Of a DNA stretch of 61,192 bases, positions 37,672 to 47,454 are shown piece by piece. The stretch is from an uncultured Pseudomonadota bacterium. GTDB lineage: Bacteria; SAR324; NAC60-12. Location: assembly GCA_913020725.1 (NCBI GenBank), contig CAJWCD010000004.1, positions 1 to 61,192 on the forward strand, written 5' to 3'. The translations under genes and the position numbers were made by a program. The notes beneath the pieces were generated by a model. That model searched no databases and was not told the DNA's origin. It saw only the letters and a program-made list of their open reading frames with translations. Position 1 is the first letter of the stretch; each line of letters starts with the position of its first letter.

Positions 37672-39324
37672 TCACTCTGAAACCGACTCCAACTGGACAG
37701 ACAGTTTCATCAGCGCCGAGCGGATGCGCTCGTTGTCCGGCTCCACCTGCAGTGCCCGTTCCCACGCCTGTTGTGCTTGCTTCGGTTGACGCAGCTTCCG
37801 GTGGAGTACCCCTAGGTTCCACCATGCCACCGCATAGTCCGGATACTTGCTTGTGAGGCTTTCCAGAAAGCTCTGGGCTTCGTTGTAACGCTTGCGCCGA
37901 ATCAACACGGTGCTGAGACGGAGCAAGGCCCGTGGACTGTCCGGGCGCAAGTTCAGCGCATGGCGGTAGGCATCCTCGGCACGGTCATTCTGACCGAGTT
38001 TTTCATGAGCGTAACCGAGGTAGAGCGCCACTTCGGATTCTTCCGGGAACTGCCGCTGTAACCCCTGCAACCGCCTCAGCGCAGTTTCGGGGGCGCCACG
38101 TCGAATTTCAATGCGGGCGAGATAAATCTGAGGTTTAGCAATCGTGGGCACAGTGGCACTCAGGTCTGCAAACACCTGCTGCGCCTGATCGAACTCGCCT
38201 TTCCGAAAATACTTCTGCCCTTCGGCTATCCGTTCCTCATAATCGGGCCGGGACTGTGAAGACCCCGAGACCAGCCATTGCCCCAGCGGACGGATCAAGG
38301 TGTGGTAGGGCGGCAGTGTGTCGTAAGTGCTGTCCGCCAGAAAAGGGTAGAGGCGCAAGCCTTTCTGGATGAAGGACTTGCCCTCTTGTGGAGTGCGCCC
38401 AATCACCAGCCCATAAATCATCAGTGCTGGCCCCGCAAACGGGTTTTTCGCGTTGGCAATCACTGCCTCGGACTTGGCTTGCAGAGTCTCGCCCTGAAGG
38501 TAGTAACTCAGTGCCAGCAACGTGCTGATTTCGGAATTCCCCGGTTGACGGGCCTTCAGGAGTTGTAACCGCTCGTCCGCTTTTTTCAGGATCGGCACAT
38601 ACGCAGGGGTCTGCTCTCCGGCTTCCAAGATGTCGAGCAACGCCTCGTATTCCAACACCTGCTCCTCCAACGAAGGATGATCGGCCACCAAACCGCGAAG
38701 TTGGCTGCGGAAGTTACTCCATTCCGGAGAACCTCGCTGTGGGACTTGCTGACCCCGCCACTGATAAAACGCACGGACGGCCTTCCACGTCTGCCCCCTT
38801 GGGAATCCTTGCAGCCCGGAAAACTCCGGAATCTCGGTCTCCAAGTCTGCAAACATTGCGACAACGAACTCATCCGGAGTGTCCAGCGGGTAGCTTTTGG
38901 AGAAGTGAACCGCCTGAGTCACGTTGTCCGTGCCCCGAACAATCTGCCACTCCACACCCACCCGGCGCAGCACTTTTTGGATTTTGACGTCAACCAAAAG
39001 CTCTAACTGAGCCTGCTGGAAGAACATCTTCAACGCTTCAGGGGAGCGGGAGTCATAGCGTTCCTGCCAAAGCCGTGCAGTGAACGGGGACATCACCGCA
39101 AAACGATTGGAGAAGCGGAATTGCTGTGACAACTCGTCCTGAAGGAAACTTCCGAACCACTCGTGCCCTTGAGATGGGTAGGCGACACGGGGAGCCAGAA
39201 TTCCTATGTGAGGACGGCTGTGAAGGGCCGAAGGAAAAGCAAGCGTCAACAGGAGCGTGAACCCACCTGCGGCAAGAAAACCCCTCAAGCGAGAGATCGG
39301 AGAGAAAGAGAAGCAGCCCACCAT
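37672..39324 (-). CDS. TPR-repeat protein with N-terminal signal/anchor
   Basis: Frame 37672..39546 trimmed to the ATG at 39324 so that it does not overlap the zapB-like gene. The C-terminal half has clear TPR units (AEDAYRHALNLRPDSPRALLRLSTVL, YNEAQSFLESLTSKYPDYAVAWWNLGVL, QAQQAWERALQVEPDN). Confidence 0.8.
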   Translation of the reverse strand: MVGCFSFSPISRLRGFLAAGGFTLLLTLAFPSALHSRPHIGILAPRVAYPSQGHEWFGSFLQDELSQQFRFSNRFAVMSPFTARLWQERYDSRSPEALKMFFQQAQLELLVDVKIQKVLRRVGVEWQIVRGTDNVTQAVHFSKSYPLDTPDEFVVAMFADLETEIPEFSGLQGFPRGQTWKAVRAFYQWRGQQVPQRGSPEWSNFRSQLRGLVADHPSLEEQVLEYEALLDILEAGEQTPAYVPILKKADERLQLLKARQPGNSEISTLLALSYYLQGETLQAKSEAVIANAKNPFAGPALMIYGLVIGRTPQEGKSFIQKGLRLYPFLADSTYDTLPPYHTLIRPLGQWLVSGSSQSRPDYEERIAEGQKYFRKGEFDQAQQVFADLSATVPTIAKPQIYLARIEIRRGAPETALRRLQGLQRQFPEESEVALYLGYAHEKLGQNDRAEDAYRHALNLRPDSPRALLRLSTVLIRRKRYNEAQSFLESLTSKYPDYAVAWWNLGVLHRKLRQPKQAQQAWERALQVEPDNERIRSALMKLSVQLESVSE

Positions 39325-39355
39325 CCACAGACTCCAAGGAGGTGGGCCGAAAAGC

Positions 39356-39730
39356 TCAGTAGCCCTGATTGGGCGTATCGTAGGAAGGCGCCTGATAGGT
39401 CGTTGTTCCCGAATCTGAACCCTCACTGTCCGAATCTCCAGAAGCGGATGCCGCAGTGTCTGCATCGCCTTCTTTGTCCGGGGCCACCTCGGCACTTGAC
39501 GAAGACTCGGCCTCGCTGCTGGAACCCTCGCTTTCGATTTTCTCAAATTTTTCGATGAGTGCCGTCAGCTTCTGTTCCCACTCCAACTGCTGCTCTTCCA
39601 GCGAGGATTTGGTGGTTTGCAACTCCTCATTGGCTGCCTTCAAATCCGCATTCTCCATGCGGTAGAGTTCGAGGGTGTCCACCATTTCCTGGACTTTGCC
39701 CTCCAGCCGACTCATTAACTCATTACCCAT
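39356..39730 (-). CDS. ZapB-like coiled-coil protein with acidic Ser-rich tail
   Basis: LMSRLEGKVQEMVDTLELYRMENADLKAANEEL...WEQKLTALIEKFEKIE parallels E. coli ZapB ([32 protein letters not shown]...WQERLQALLGRMEEV, from memory). Confidence 0.7.
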   Translation of the reverse strand: MGNELMSRLEGKVQEMVDTLELYRMENADLKAANEELQTTKSSLEEQQLEWEQKLTALIEKFEKIESEGSSSEAESSSSAEVAPDKEGDADTAASASGDSDSEGSDSGTTTYQAPSYDTPNQGY

Positions 39731-39922
39731 GGTTCATTCCTTGATGTTATTTTGGGAGGCTCCACCTCCTTGGGGAGCTTAAAATTTAGTCCTAGCCAAT
39801 CCGTCCACCAGCAGAAGCGTTTGTGTGCTGGAACAGGGATTTCAAGACTCAAAGTAATGGACAGAAACGGACATGAAGTCAAGCGAAAAACGTCAAGGCT
39901 GCCTTCTGACCTTCTGACTTGC

Positions 39923-41851
39923 TCACGCAGGCATCCGTTGCTTAGTTCGGCCTTGACGTGGGGACGCATGAAGCGCAAACAAGCGCTCCCGGATTTTAGC
40001 AAGCACTTGTTCCGCCGAAAGCCCGGCCTCCTCGCGTTGCTGGTCCGGAGACCCTTGCGCGATGAAGCGATCCAGAATACCGAAAACTTGCGTGGGCACC
40101 GTGACTCCAGCCTCGCTCAACACCTCCAGCACTCCGCTACCGAATCCACCGTGTACCGTGTTTTCTTCCAGTGTCACCAACAGGTGTGCGGTGGAGGCAA
40201 GCGCCGTGATCAATTCGGAGTCCAGCGGCTTGACAAAGCGGCCGTTGACCACGGCTACTGAAAACCCAGTGTCCTTCAATGGCTCGGCAATCTCTTCTGC
40301 AACTGCAACCATCGTTCCTACTGCCAGCAGCACCACATCCCTTCCGGGTTGCAACAAGTGGGCTTTCCCCAACTCGATGGGCGGCACGGAGCTTTCGTCC
40401 AAACTCGCGGTGTTCCCTCGGGGGTAGCGCACCGCACTGGGACCATCCTCATGCCTATGCGCAAATTCGACCATGCGCCGCAATTCCGCTCCGTCTTTTG
40501 GAACCATCACCACCATTTCCGGGATCATCCGGAGGTAGGTGAGGTCATAGGCGCCGTGGTGGGTGGGACCATCCGCTCCCACCAAGCCGGCCCGATCCAG
40601 CATGAAGCGCACGGGGAGCCGCTGCACAGCAACATCGTGGATGATGTGATCAAGCGCACGCTGAAGAAAGGTCGAGTAGATCGCCACGAAGGGCTTGATC
40701 CCAGTGGTGGCCATTCCTGCTGCCGAAGTCACCGCATGTCCTTCTGCGATGCCTACATCCAACACGCGCTCCGGAAATTTCGCTTGCAGGTCCAGAATAC
40801 CAGTTCCACTCACCATCGCTGCGCTGGTAACCATCACCTTGGGATCCTGTTCCATCAACTCGCCGAGCTTGTCTGCGAACACCTTGGAGTAGCTGACTTC
40901 CTTGACCAACCCCGGTTTTTTGATGATGAACTCTCCGCTTTCCGGAACAAAGGGCTTCACCCCGTGGTACTTAAAGGCGTCTCCCTCCGCAGGTTTGTAG
41001 CCCTTGCCTTTTTGCGTCAAGGCGTGGACCACGATAGGTCCTTCCAGTTCCTTGACGTGTTCCAACAGATCGACCAAATCCTTGAGGTTGTGCCCATCGA
41101 CGGGTCCAAAGTAACGCCAGCCCAACTGCTCAAAGAGCATTCCGGGAGACCAGAACGACTTCACCGAATCGTGTATCCGCTGGAGTCCGCTGTGGACGGT
41201 TTTGGAGAAGGGCACTTTCGTAGCCATTTCCAGTGCCTCTTCCCGGATGATGTTGTAGGGTTTGGAGATGCTGATACGGGTGATGAACTTGGAGAGTGCG
41301 CCAACGTTGGGGTCGATGCTCATGCCGTTGTCGCTGTAAATCACCAACATGCGCTTGTCGAGGAAACCGTTGTGGTTGAGCGCTTCAAACGCCAAGCCTC
41401 CAGTCATGGCGCCATCGCCGATGACCGCGATCACCTGATGCGACTGCTCCTGAAGATCCCGACCAACGACCATGCCGACTCCGGCGGAGATGGACGTCGA
41501 GGCGTGCCCCGCCCCAAAATGGTCATAAGGACTCTCATCCCGGGAGAGGAATTTCTTGATCCCCCCCTGTTGAGCCAAAGTTTCAAAACGCTCGTTCCGT
41601 CCGGTCAGCAGCTTGTATGCATAGGCTTGATGCCCCACATCCCAGAGCAGCCGATCCTGTTCCAGATTGAACACCTTGAACAAGGCCACTGTCAGTTCGA
41701 TCGCGCCTAGGGACGAGGCGAGGTGTCCCCCACGTTTGCTGGTCACTTCGACGATGCGATCACGGCAATCTTGTGCAAGTTGTCCCAACTCCTGCAAAGA
41801 GAGAAGTTGAACATCCCGTGGTTGTGCGATATGGTCTAGCAGTTTTCCCAT
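39923..41851 (-). CDS. dxs: 1-deoxy-D-xylulose-5-phosphate synthase
   Basis: GGHLASSLGAIELTVAL, DVGHQAYAYKLLTGR, VIGDGAMTGGLAFEALN and DVGIAEGHAVT. ATG at 41851 (GTG at 41863 is also possible). Confidence 0.96.
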   Translation of the reverse strand: MGKLLDHIAQPRDVQLLSLQELGQLAQDCRDRIVEVTSKRGGHLASSLGAIELTVALFKVFNLEQDRLLWDVGHQAYAYKLLTGRNERFETLAQQGGIKKFLSRDESPYDHFGAGHASTSISAGVGMVVGRDLQEQSHQVIAVIGDGAMTGGLAFEALNHNGFLDKRMLVIYSDNGMSIDPNVGALSKFITRISISKPYNIIREEALEMATKVPFSKTVHSGLQRIHDSVKSFWSPGMLFEQLGWRYFGPVDGHNLKDLVDLLEHVKELEGPIVVHALTQKGKGYKPAEGDAFKYHGVKPFVPESGEFIIKKPGLVKEVSYSKVFADKLGELMEQDPKVMVTSAAMVSGTGILDLQAKFPERVLDVGIAEGHAVTSAAGMATTGIKPFVAIYSTFLQRALDHIIHDVAVQRLPVRFMLDRAGLVGADGPTHHGAYDLTYLRMIPEMVVMVPKDGAELRRMVEFAHRHEDGPSAVRYPRGNTASLDESSVPPIELGKAHLLQPGRDVVLLAVGTMVAVAEEIAEPLKDTGFSVAVVNGRFVKPLDSELITALASTAHLLVTLEENTVHGGFGSGVLEVLSEAGVTVPTQVFGILDRFIAQGSPDQQREEAGLSAEQVLAKIRERLFALHASPRQGRTKQRMPA

Positions 41852-41944
41852 CGAGGTTTTCACCAGATCAGTTCAGTATTTAGCCATGAGCAGTTTAATA
41901 AACGAAGTTCCGTATTCGCAACTCCTTATTCTCTGGAGAATCTC

Positions 41945-44359
41945 GTGAGTGATCAAGCTGTCCTTGCACAAGCCAAGAAAATCCAATCGTCTCTGAAGAA
42001 GCAACGCCAGCCCGTTTCGCAGGTTCAAGACGCCCAGCACGAGGCTCAGGCGATCAGCCAGTTTGTGCGGGCGGCCCTCAGCCCGGAGCATCGCTGGTTC
42101 ATTCCTAGGGAGCAGCAGCAGGCCCTCGCGGCGACCTTCAAGCTCATCAACCAAACCTTCGCCCGACTCTACGAACAGTGTCGCACACCGCACCTCTTCC
42201 AGCAACAGGCGGCGAAGTACATTGCGATGGGCAAACAAATCTCTCACCTCTCGCACTGCATCCACATGAGCCTCGACCACGGATTCTACATGACCGAATC
42301 GCGCGGCATCTCTCCCGGAAATGCCCTTGCGCTCTCGTGGCAAGAAGTGGAACGGATCAGGATTGGTATTGAAGAGCAAGGTCGGTGGGTCCGGAATCCG
42401 CTGTCCACCCCGGTCGATGACGAGGCCAAACAACAGTTTTTCGAACTGCACCAGAAAGCCTCCGGGCTTGTGCAGGAACTGCTTGCGAATAGCAAGCTCA
42501 AGGACACCGGCCACCCCCTCTCGGTGGAGGAACTTCAAGCGGTGTACAAGTATTTTCAATTCGCCCGGAAGATGCTTGAGCTTGAAGAGCAAGCTCAGGC
42601 GAACTCCATGAAATCGGCTCCAGAAGCAGAGCAAGACAGCGTGGATTCCGAACACCTTCACAAGCAACTGGATCAACTCAAGCAACGCCTCGCTTTGCAA
42701 TCCACTACCAATGCCAACGAACTCCGGACTAGCGCCTCACTGGAAGAGGTGATACAGACCGACGCGCAACTCCGGTTGGAACTGCTCTACGTCTCGCTTG
42801 AGCCGATTCGCTACCTGAAAATCTGTAATGACCGGATGGAGATCCTTTGTGCAGAGAACCTAGAGTCCGGGATAGCGCAGTTCGACAAGGAAACTGCAGA
42901 CGCGCAATCTCAGCTACAACTGATCGTGAGCGCCCTTCAAGAAGCCCACGATGTCCTTTCGCAAATTGCGTCCGTGCTCAACAATCTCTCCATCTCCTTC
43001 GGCAAGATTTACAACAACGCCTCCGCCCGTAGCATCACCCACACATTCCTCCAGAAAACGTTGGAGACCATCCGGGGGTTGCTCCAGAAAGCCGTGCGGG
43101 TTGCCCAAACACGACAGCAGGTTCTGGTGAACCTCAACAACCATGTTGAGCGTTCCGGGCTTTTTGAGCGGGTGGTCATTGAGGGGGTTGCCCACGGCAT
43201 CACGCTGGTGGATGAAAGTCGGCTGCACTTGGAGGAATATGAGGAGCGTCTCAACGACCATCTCGGACTCATCCTGCAAGCCCCCGACATGCAAGGGATT
43301 GCGTTGTTTCAGCGATTCCACAAGGCTTATGAGGAGCGGACTTCGCTTTCTTCTGCGTGCATGGTGCTTGGTAGCGTCTCACTTGTTTTCGATCAGTTGC
43401 TTACCACCATGTGGCAGATGCAGGAAACCCAAGACGCACTCCGGGCAGTGGTGAAGGACGATGCTGCTTCCGAGGCGAAAAAAACCAAGCTCACCGAGAT
43501 TGTGCAGCAGATTCCGGAGGCGGCTCAAGAGCGTCTGAACATTTGCCAATCCCAAACAGAGGAACTGGAATGGATGGTTACTGAAATGCTGGACTCGGTG
43601 GGAACCGAGGAACGGAGATTCCTTAAGGAGTTGCATCAGGAATTGGAACCCGTCCGGGCACGCCTGAAGGCCAAAGAAGGAGCCGCCAAAGAGCTTGCGA
43701 GCCGGGAATCCACAAGCCCTGCGACTGGCGTAGTTGCTGCTCAGAAGGAAAAAACGCTCTCTCAGGGGCTGCTCCAGCACCAGTTGCATCAGGGGGCAAC
43801 CGGGGAAAGCCACTTCGATCCTCTCCCGTCCAACATCATGGTGATTCTCAAGGCGACACTGAAGGACATCCCGCGCTCACGACGCGCCAAGATGCTCCTC
43901 CAGGTCCTGACTCACCCCCACATGTTCTTCAACGTTCTGGACAAGTTGGAGGCGCAGTTCGATCCCGATGGAGATCCCATTCTCGACCTAGAAAACGACC
44001 TGCACGAAAGCCGGGAGACTATTGATTTTCTACTGAATTTTGTGCGCCTGAAGTTTTTGGCTTCCGGGTATTTCAATCCGGAAGGGCAGGCTTACCCTTA
44101 CGACGCTGAGGGCAGACGCTTCGAGATTTCTGGACCGATGGAAAAGTACCTGAAGCTCAGGAGGGGTTCCTTTGAAACCCCAAAAAATATGTTCACTCGG
44201 TTGGTGCGTGGATTGCTGGGCATGGACGAAGCCAAGCTTTTGGCGAACGCCTTGTCTGAACAGGCGTTGATGATCTTCAGCAGCGATTTTGTGCTTCGCA
44301 AGCAAGAGCAACAAACCGTGCAGGACGCCCTGACTCGGGCCAACACGCCGATCACCTGA
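41945..44359 (+). CDS. large hypothetical protein (804 aa, Q/E/L-rich, predicted helical)
   Basis: GTG start with a GGAGA RBS. An uninterrupted 2.4-kb frame with no motif I recognise. The antisense 275-aa ORF is rejected. Confidence 0.75.
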   Translation: MSDQAVLAQAKKIQSSLKKQRQPVSQVQDAQHEAQAISQFVRAALSPEHRWFIPREQQQALAATFKLINQTFARLYEQCRTPHLFQQQAAKYIAMGKQISHLSHCIHMSLDHGFYMTESRGISPGNALALSWQEVERIRIGIEEQGRWVRNPLSTPVDDEAKQQFFELHQKASGLVQELLANSKLKDTGHPLSVEELQAVYKYFQFARKMLELEEQAQANSMKSAPEAEQDSVDSEHLHKQLDQLKQRLALQSTTNANELRTSASLEEVIQTDAQLRLELLYVSLEPIRYLKICNDRMEILCAENLESGIAQFDKETADAQSQLQLIVSALQEAHDVLSQIASVLNNLSISFGKIYNNASARSITHTFLQKTLETIRGLLQKAVRVAQTRQQVLVNLNNHVERSGLFERVVIEGVAHGITLVDESRLHLEEYEERLNDHLGLILQAPDMQGIALFQRFHKAYEERTSLSSACMVLGSVSLVFDQLLTTMWQMQETQDALRAVVKDDAASEAKKTKLTEIVQQIPEAAQERLNICQSQTEELEWMVTEMLDSVGTEERRFLKELHQELEPVRARLKAKEGAAKELASRESTSPATGVVAAQKEKTLSQGLLQHQLHQGATGESHFDPLPSNIMVILKATLKDIPRSRRAKMLLQVLTHPHMFFNVLDKLEAQFDPDGDPILDLENDLHESRETIDFLLNFVRLKFLASGYFNPEGQAYPYDAEGRRFEISGPMEKYLKLRRGSFETPKNMFTRLVRGLLGMDEAKLLANALSEQALMIFSSDFVLRKQEQQTVQDALTRANTPIT

Positions 44360-44926
44360 TCAAAATCCGGTACGGATGCCGAGTGCGAGTTGGGCTTCGC
44401 CTCCCGAGTTTTTCGGAAGTTTGAGGGACGCGAGGTCCAGCCCTAGCAGCCAAACGACAGGGTGGGTGTCCCATGTGGTCCAACTCCAGCCCATATGCAG
44501 CACCTCCGCTTTGGCGGAAGGCCCTGCCACTCCGTCAACCATCACCGACTTCCACTCCAGATTGCGGTAGGTCAGGCTGGCCGCTTTTCTAGAAACTTCG
44601 CTCCAGCGATTGTGCAGGCCGATTTCGTAGCCGGAACCGTCCTCAAGTGGCTTCAGCCCACCAATTTGTGAGGCAAATCCCAAAAACGACTTAGGGCTTC
44701 GCAGCACTAAAAGCTGGAGGTAAAGCCCCGGATCGCCACCGCCTTCGTCAAACAAATGAATGGCGAACCCGGCAGCACCTGTGGTATACATACTCCCTCG
44801 TGTTCCTACCGATTGATACAGTTGGAATTCCGGAATGACCGGGAACGATTGCGCTGGTGCCGTGGAGGCGAGCAACAAAAGCAGCGTTCCCCAACCGCAT
44901 GCGCCGAGCAGTCTTTGAATCAGCAT
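44360..44926 (-). CDS. small outer-membrane beta-barrel-like protein
   Basis: Signal peptide ...LLLLLASTAPAQS, an alternating hydrophobic pattern, and a C-terminal ...LALGIRTGF (terminal Phe typical of OMPs). Confidence 0.6.
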   Translation of the reverse strand: MLIQRLLGACGWGTLLLLLASTAPAQSFPVIPEFQLYQSVGTRGSMYTTGAAGFAIHLFDEGGGDPGLYLQLLVLRSPKSFLGFASQIGGLKPLEDGSGYEIGLHNRWSEVSRKAASLTYRNLEWKSVMVDGVAGPSAKAEVLHMGWSWTTWDTHPVVWLLGLDLASLKLPKNSGGEAQLALGIRTGF

Positions 44927-44997
44927 ATCCCTGTGAAGTTAACGTGGTTCATGGTGGTACCACACTTTCGCACAGGTCACAACCTCAAGCACACATC

Positions 44998-46383
44998 ATG
45001 CGCTACCTGAGTACACGTGGAGGCATGCGGGGGCTGTCCTTTGAGGACACCCTGATTGCGGGGCTGGCCGAGGACGGTGGCCTGTTGATTCCGGATGCAC
45101 TGCCGCAGGTGCAGGCTCAACTCCCACAGTGGCGCAAGCTGTCCTATCAGGAACTCAGCCTTGCAATCGTCCGGAGTTTTATCGGAGAGGCTATTCCGGA
45201 AGCTGACCTCCGTGCCCAAATCGAGCAAGCCTACCGTAACTTCACACACCCGGATATTACGCCTGTCCGCACCCTTGGCCGTTTGCACCTGCTGGAACTG
45301 TTCCACGGTCCCACCTTTGCGTTCAAGGATGTAGCGCTTCAGTTACTGGGCCAGTTCTTTGAGCATGTCCTGAAAAAACGGCAGCAGCCCTTGCGCATCC
45401 TCGGCGCAACTTCCGGAGACACCGGCAGTGCCGCGATCCATGGAATGCGCGGACACGAGGGCATTTCCGTGTTCATGCTGCATCCCAAGGGGCGAGTGAG
45501 TCCGGTGCAGGAACGGCAGATGACCACCGTTCTGGATGCCAACATCCACAACATTGCGCTGGAAGGCTCGTTCGACGACGCGCAGCGCATCGTCAAGGAA
45601 CTGTTCGGCGATCTCGAGTTCAAGGCCCGGCACCACCTCGGTGCGGTCAACTCGATCAACTGGGCACGCATCCTCGCCCAAATCGTGTACTACTTTTATG
45701 CGTGGGGGCGGGTTTCCCGCAATTCTGGGGAGGCCATCAATTTCGTCGTCCCCTCCGGGAATTTCGGCAACGTCCTCGCAGGCTACTACGCCCAGCAGAT
45801 GGGGCTGCCGATCCGTCGGCTTGTCGTCGCCACCAATGAAAACGATATCCTGCACCGCTTCTTCAGCAAAGGAGAGTACCACACTGCCAGAGTCCATCAG
45901 ACGCTGAGTCCCTCGATGGACATCCAGATCTCCAGCAATTTTGAGCGCTACCTCTTTGACCTCGGCGGTCGCTCTCCGGAGCAACTCAAACACTGGATGC
46001 AGGATTTTCAGGAAACCGGACGCCTCACCATTGAGGGCGAGCGTTTGAAAACAGCGCAAGCCGCCTTTGGCTCCGCACGAGTGGACGAAGCCGGAACGCT
46101 CAGGGCCATCCGGGAGGCTTACGAGGAACACGGCTACCTGCTCGATCCCCACACGGCAGTTGGGGTTGGAGCCGCCAAACAGGTGGACTTGGAAGGCCCG
46201 GTGGTCTGCCTTGCTTGCGCCCATCCTGCCAAGTTCGGTTCGGCAGTTCAAAAAGCCGCAGGCACGACTCCGGAACTGCCGCCACCGCTTGCCGAATTGG
46301 AGAACTTAGAGACGCGCTGCACCGTGCTTCCTGCTCAGGCGGGTGCTGTCCGCGAGTACCTCACCCAAATCATCAATAACTGA
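44998..46383 (+). CDS. thrC: threonine synthase (long form)
   Basis: Frame 44857.. trimmed to the ATG at 44998. MRYLSTRG, LELFHGPTFAFKDVALQ (PLP Lys) and ATSGDTGSAA. Confidence 0.95.
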   Translation: MRYLSTRGGMRGLSFEDTLIAGLAEDGGLLIPDALPQVQAQLPQWRKLSYQELSLAIVRSFIGEAIPEADLRAQIEQAYRNFTHPDITPVRTLGRLHLLELFHGPTFAFKDVALQLLGQFFEHVLKKRQQPLRILGATSGDTGSAAIHGMRGHEGISVFMLHPKGRVSPVQERQMTTVLDANIHNIALEGSFDDAQRIVKELFGDLEFKARHHLGAVNSINWARILAQIVYYFYAWGRVSRNSGEAINFVVPSGNFGNVLAGYYAQQMGLPIRRLVVATNENDILHRFFSKGEYHTARVHQTLSPSMDIQISSNFERYLFDLGGRSPEQLKHWMQDFQETGRLTIEGERLKTAQAAFGSARVDEAGTLRAIREAYEEHGYLLDPHTAVGVGAAKQVDLEGPVVCLACAHPAKFGSAVQKAAGTTPELPPPLAELENLETRCTVLPAQAGAVREYLTQIINN

Positions 46384-46384
46384 G

Positions 46385-47452
46385 ATGGCGGCAACTCCGA
46401 TCTTCAGCAGCGAAAGTCCGGACACGTCCAGTTCTATGGAGCGCGACCCTCTTGGGTTTGAGACCGCTGATGCTGCCGATTCCATTTCCTACGAACCCTT
46501 CCGGAAGCATCGTGCGTCTTGGGCCACTTCCTTCCGTCGAGAGCTCGAGTACCGCATTTTCTGCTTTGGAGCGTGGCTGGGGCAAACGCTGTCTGTGCCT
46601 CAGCTTCAACGGCTGGGCCGCTTCATCGGGTTACTGGTGTACTTCCTGTTCCCAAAAGACCGAGGCATTGCCGACACACAACTGGAACGGGTCTTCCCGG
46701 AGGTGAGCACGATGGAGCGCAAGCAGTGGTGCCGGGAGTGCTTCCAGAGTTTTGGACAGTTTTTGTTTGAGTTCTTGGGCATGTCGCAGATTGCAGCGGC
46801 TCCAGAAGATTGGCTGAGCATCGAGAATCCCCAAGTGCTGGAAAACGCCCTCAAGCAGCAAAAGGGTGTGATTGTGCTGACCCTGCATCTGGGCAACTGG
46901 GAACTCTTCAGTGTCCTTGCCGAACACCTGAACCAGCCAATGGTCGCCGCCGTTGCCAATGTCCCGGAACCCCGGATCAACCAAAGGCTACAAGCAATGC
47001 GGGAGCGCGGACCGATGCAGATTGTACCTCGTGGAGACTCAAAGGCGCTGGGAAAAATCCTCCAGTGTTTCCAGAATCGCGAGGTGTTTGTGCTGGCGAT
47101 TGATCAAGACACCAACGTTCCTAGCATTTGGGCTCCTTTTTTCAACTTGCCCGCGAAGACGCCCATCGGTGCCACTGCTTTTGCTCTCATGAGCGGAGCA
47201 CCTGTGGTGAGCGGACTCTTTGTCCGGGAGCAGGACGGTCGGTTCCGGCTGCACCTGACTGACCTCGGAGTGCAGAAAAAACTCCCCCAAGAAGACGAGG
47301 ATCACGCGGTGTTCCGCATCACCCGCAGCCTGAACCGGCACATGGAATCGCTCATCCGGCAGCACCCGCAGCAGTGGGCATGGTTCCATCGGCGCTGGCG
47401 GCACAAACCCACCGAGGCCGAACTGTCCCGGATGCAAGCTCTGGAGGACTGA
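46385..47452 (+). CDS. lipid A biosynthesis (Kdo2-lipid IVA) acyltransferase family, LpxL/HtrB-like
   Basis: VLTLHLGNWE (HxxxxE-type acyltransferase motif) and HPQQWAWFHRRWR at the C-terminus. 1 nt after the thrC stop. Confidence 0.85.
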   Translation: MAATPIFSSESPDTSSSMERDPLGFETADAADSISYEPFRKHRASWATSFRRELEYRIFCFGAWLGQTLSVPQLQRLGRFIGLLVYFLFPKDRGIADTQLERVFPEVSTMERKQWCRECFQSFGQFLFEFLGMSQIAAAPEDWLSIENPQVLENALKQQKGVIVLTLHLGNWELFSVLAEHLNQPMVAAVANVPEPRINQRLQAMRERGPMQIVPRGDSKALGKILQCFQNREVFVLAIDQDTNVPSIWAPFFNLPAKTPIGATAFALMSGAPVVSGLFVREQDGRFRLHLTDLGVQKKLPQEDEDHAVFRITRSLNRHMESLIRQHPQQWAWFHRRWRHKPTEAELSRMQALED

Positions 47453-47454
47453 CC

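Noticed and set aside
40349-41710. 453-aa ORF on the + strand
   Set aside because: It is antisense to dxs, whose identity is unambiguous (TPP-binding and transketolase-like motifs). The composition is that of a GC-rich shadow frame.
41873-42700. 275-aa ORF on the - strand opposite the 5' part of the 804-aa ORF
   Set aside because: The + frame stays open for 2.4 kb and has an RBS. The minus ORF would overlap the dxs upstream region and has no motif. I kept only the long + ORF, although neither has homology support that I can see.
45343-46251. 302-aa ORF on the - strand
   Set aside because: It is antisense to thrC (PLP-Lys motif FAFKDVALQ on the + strand). A shadow ORF.
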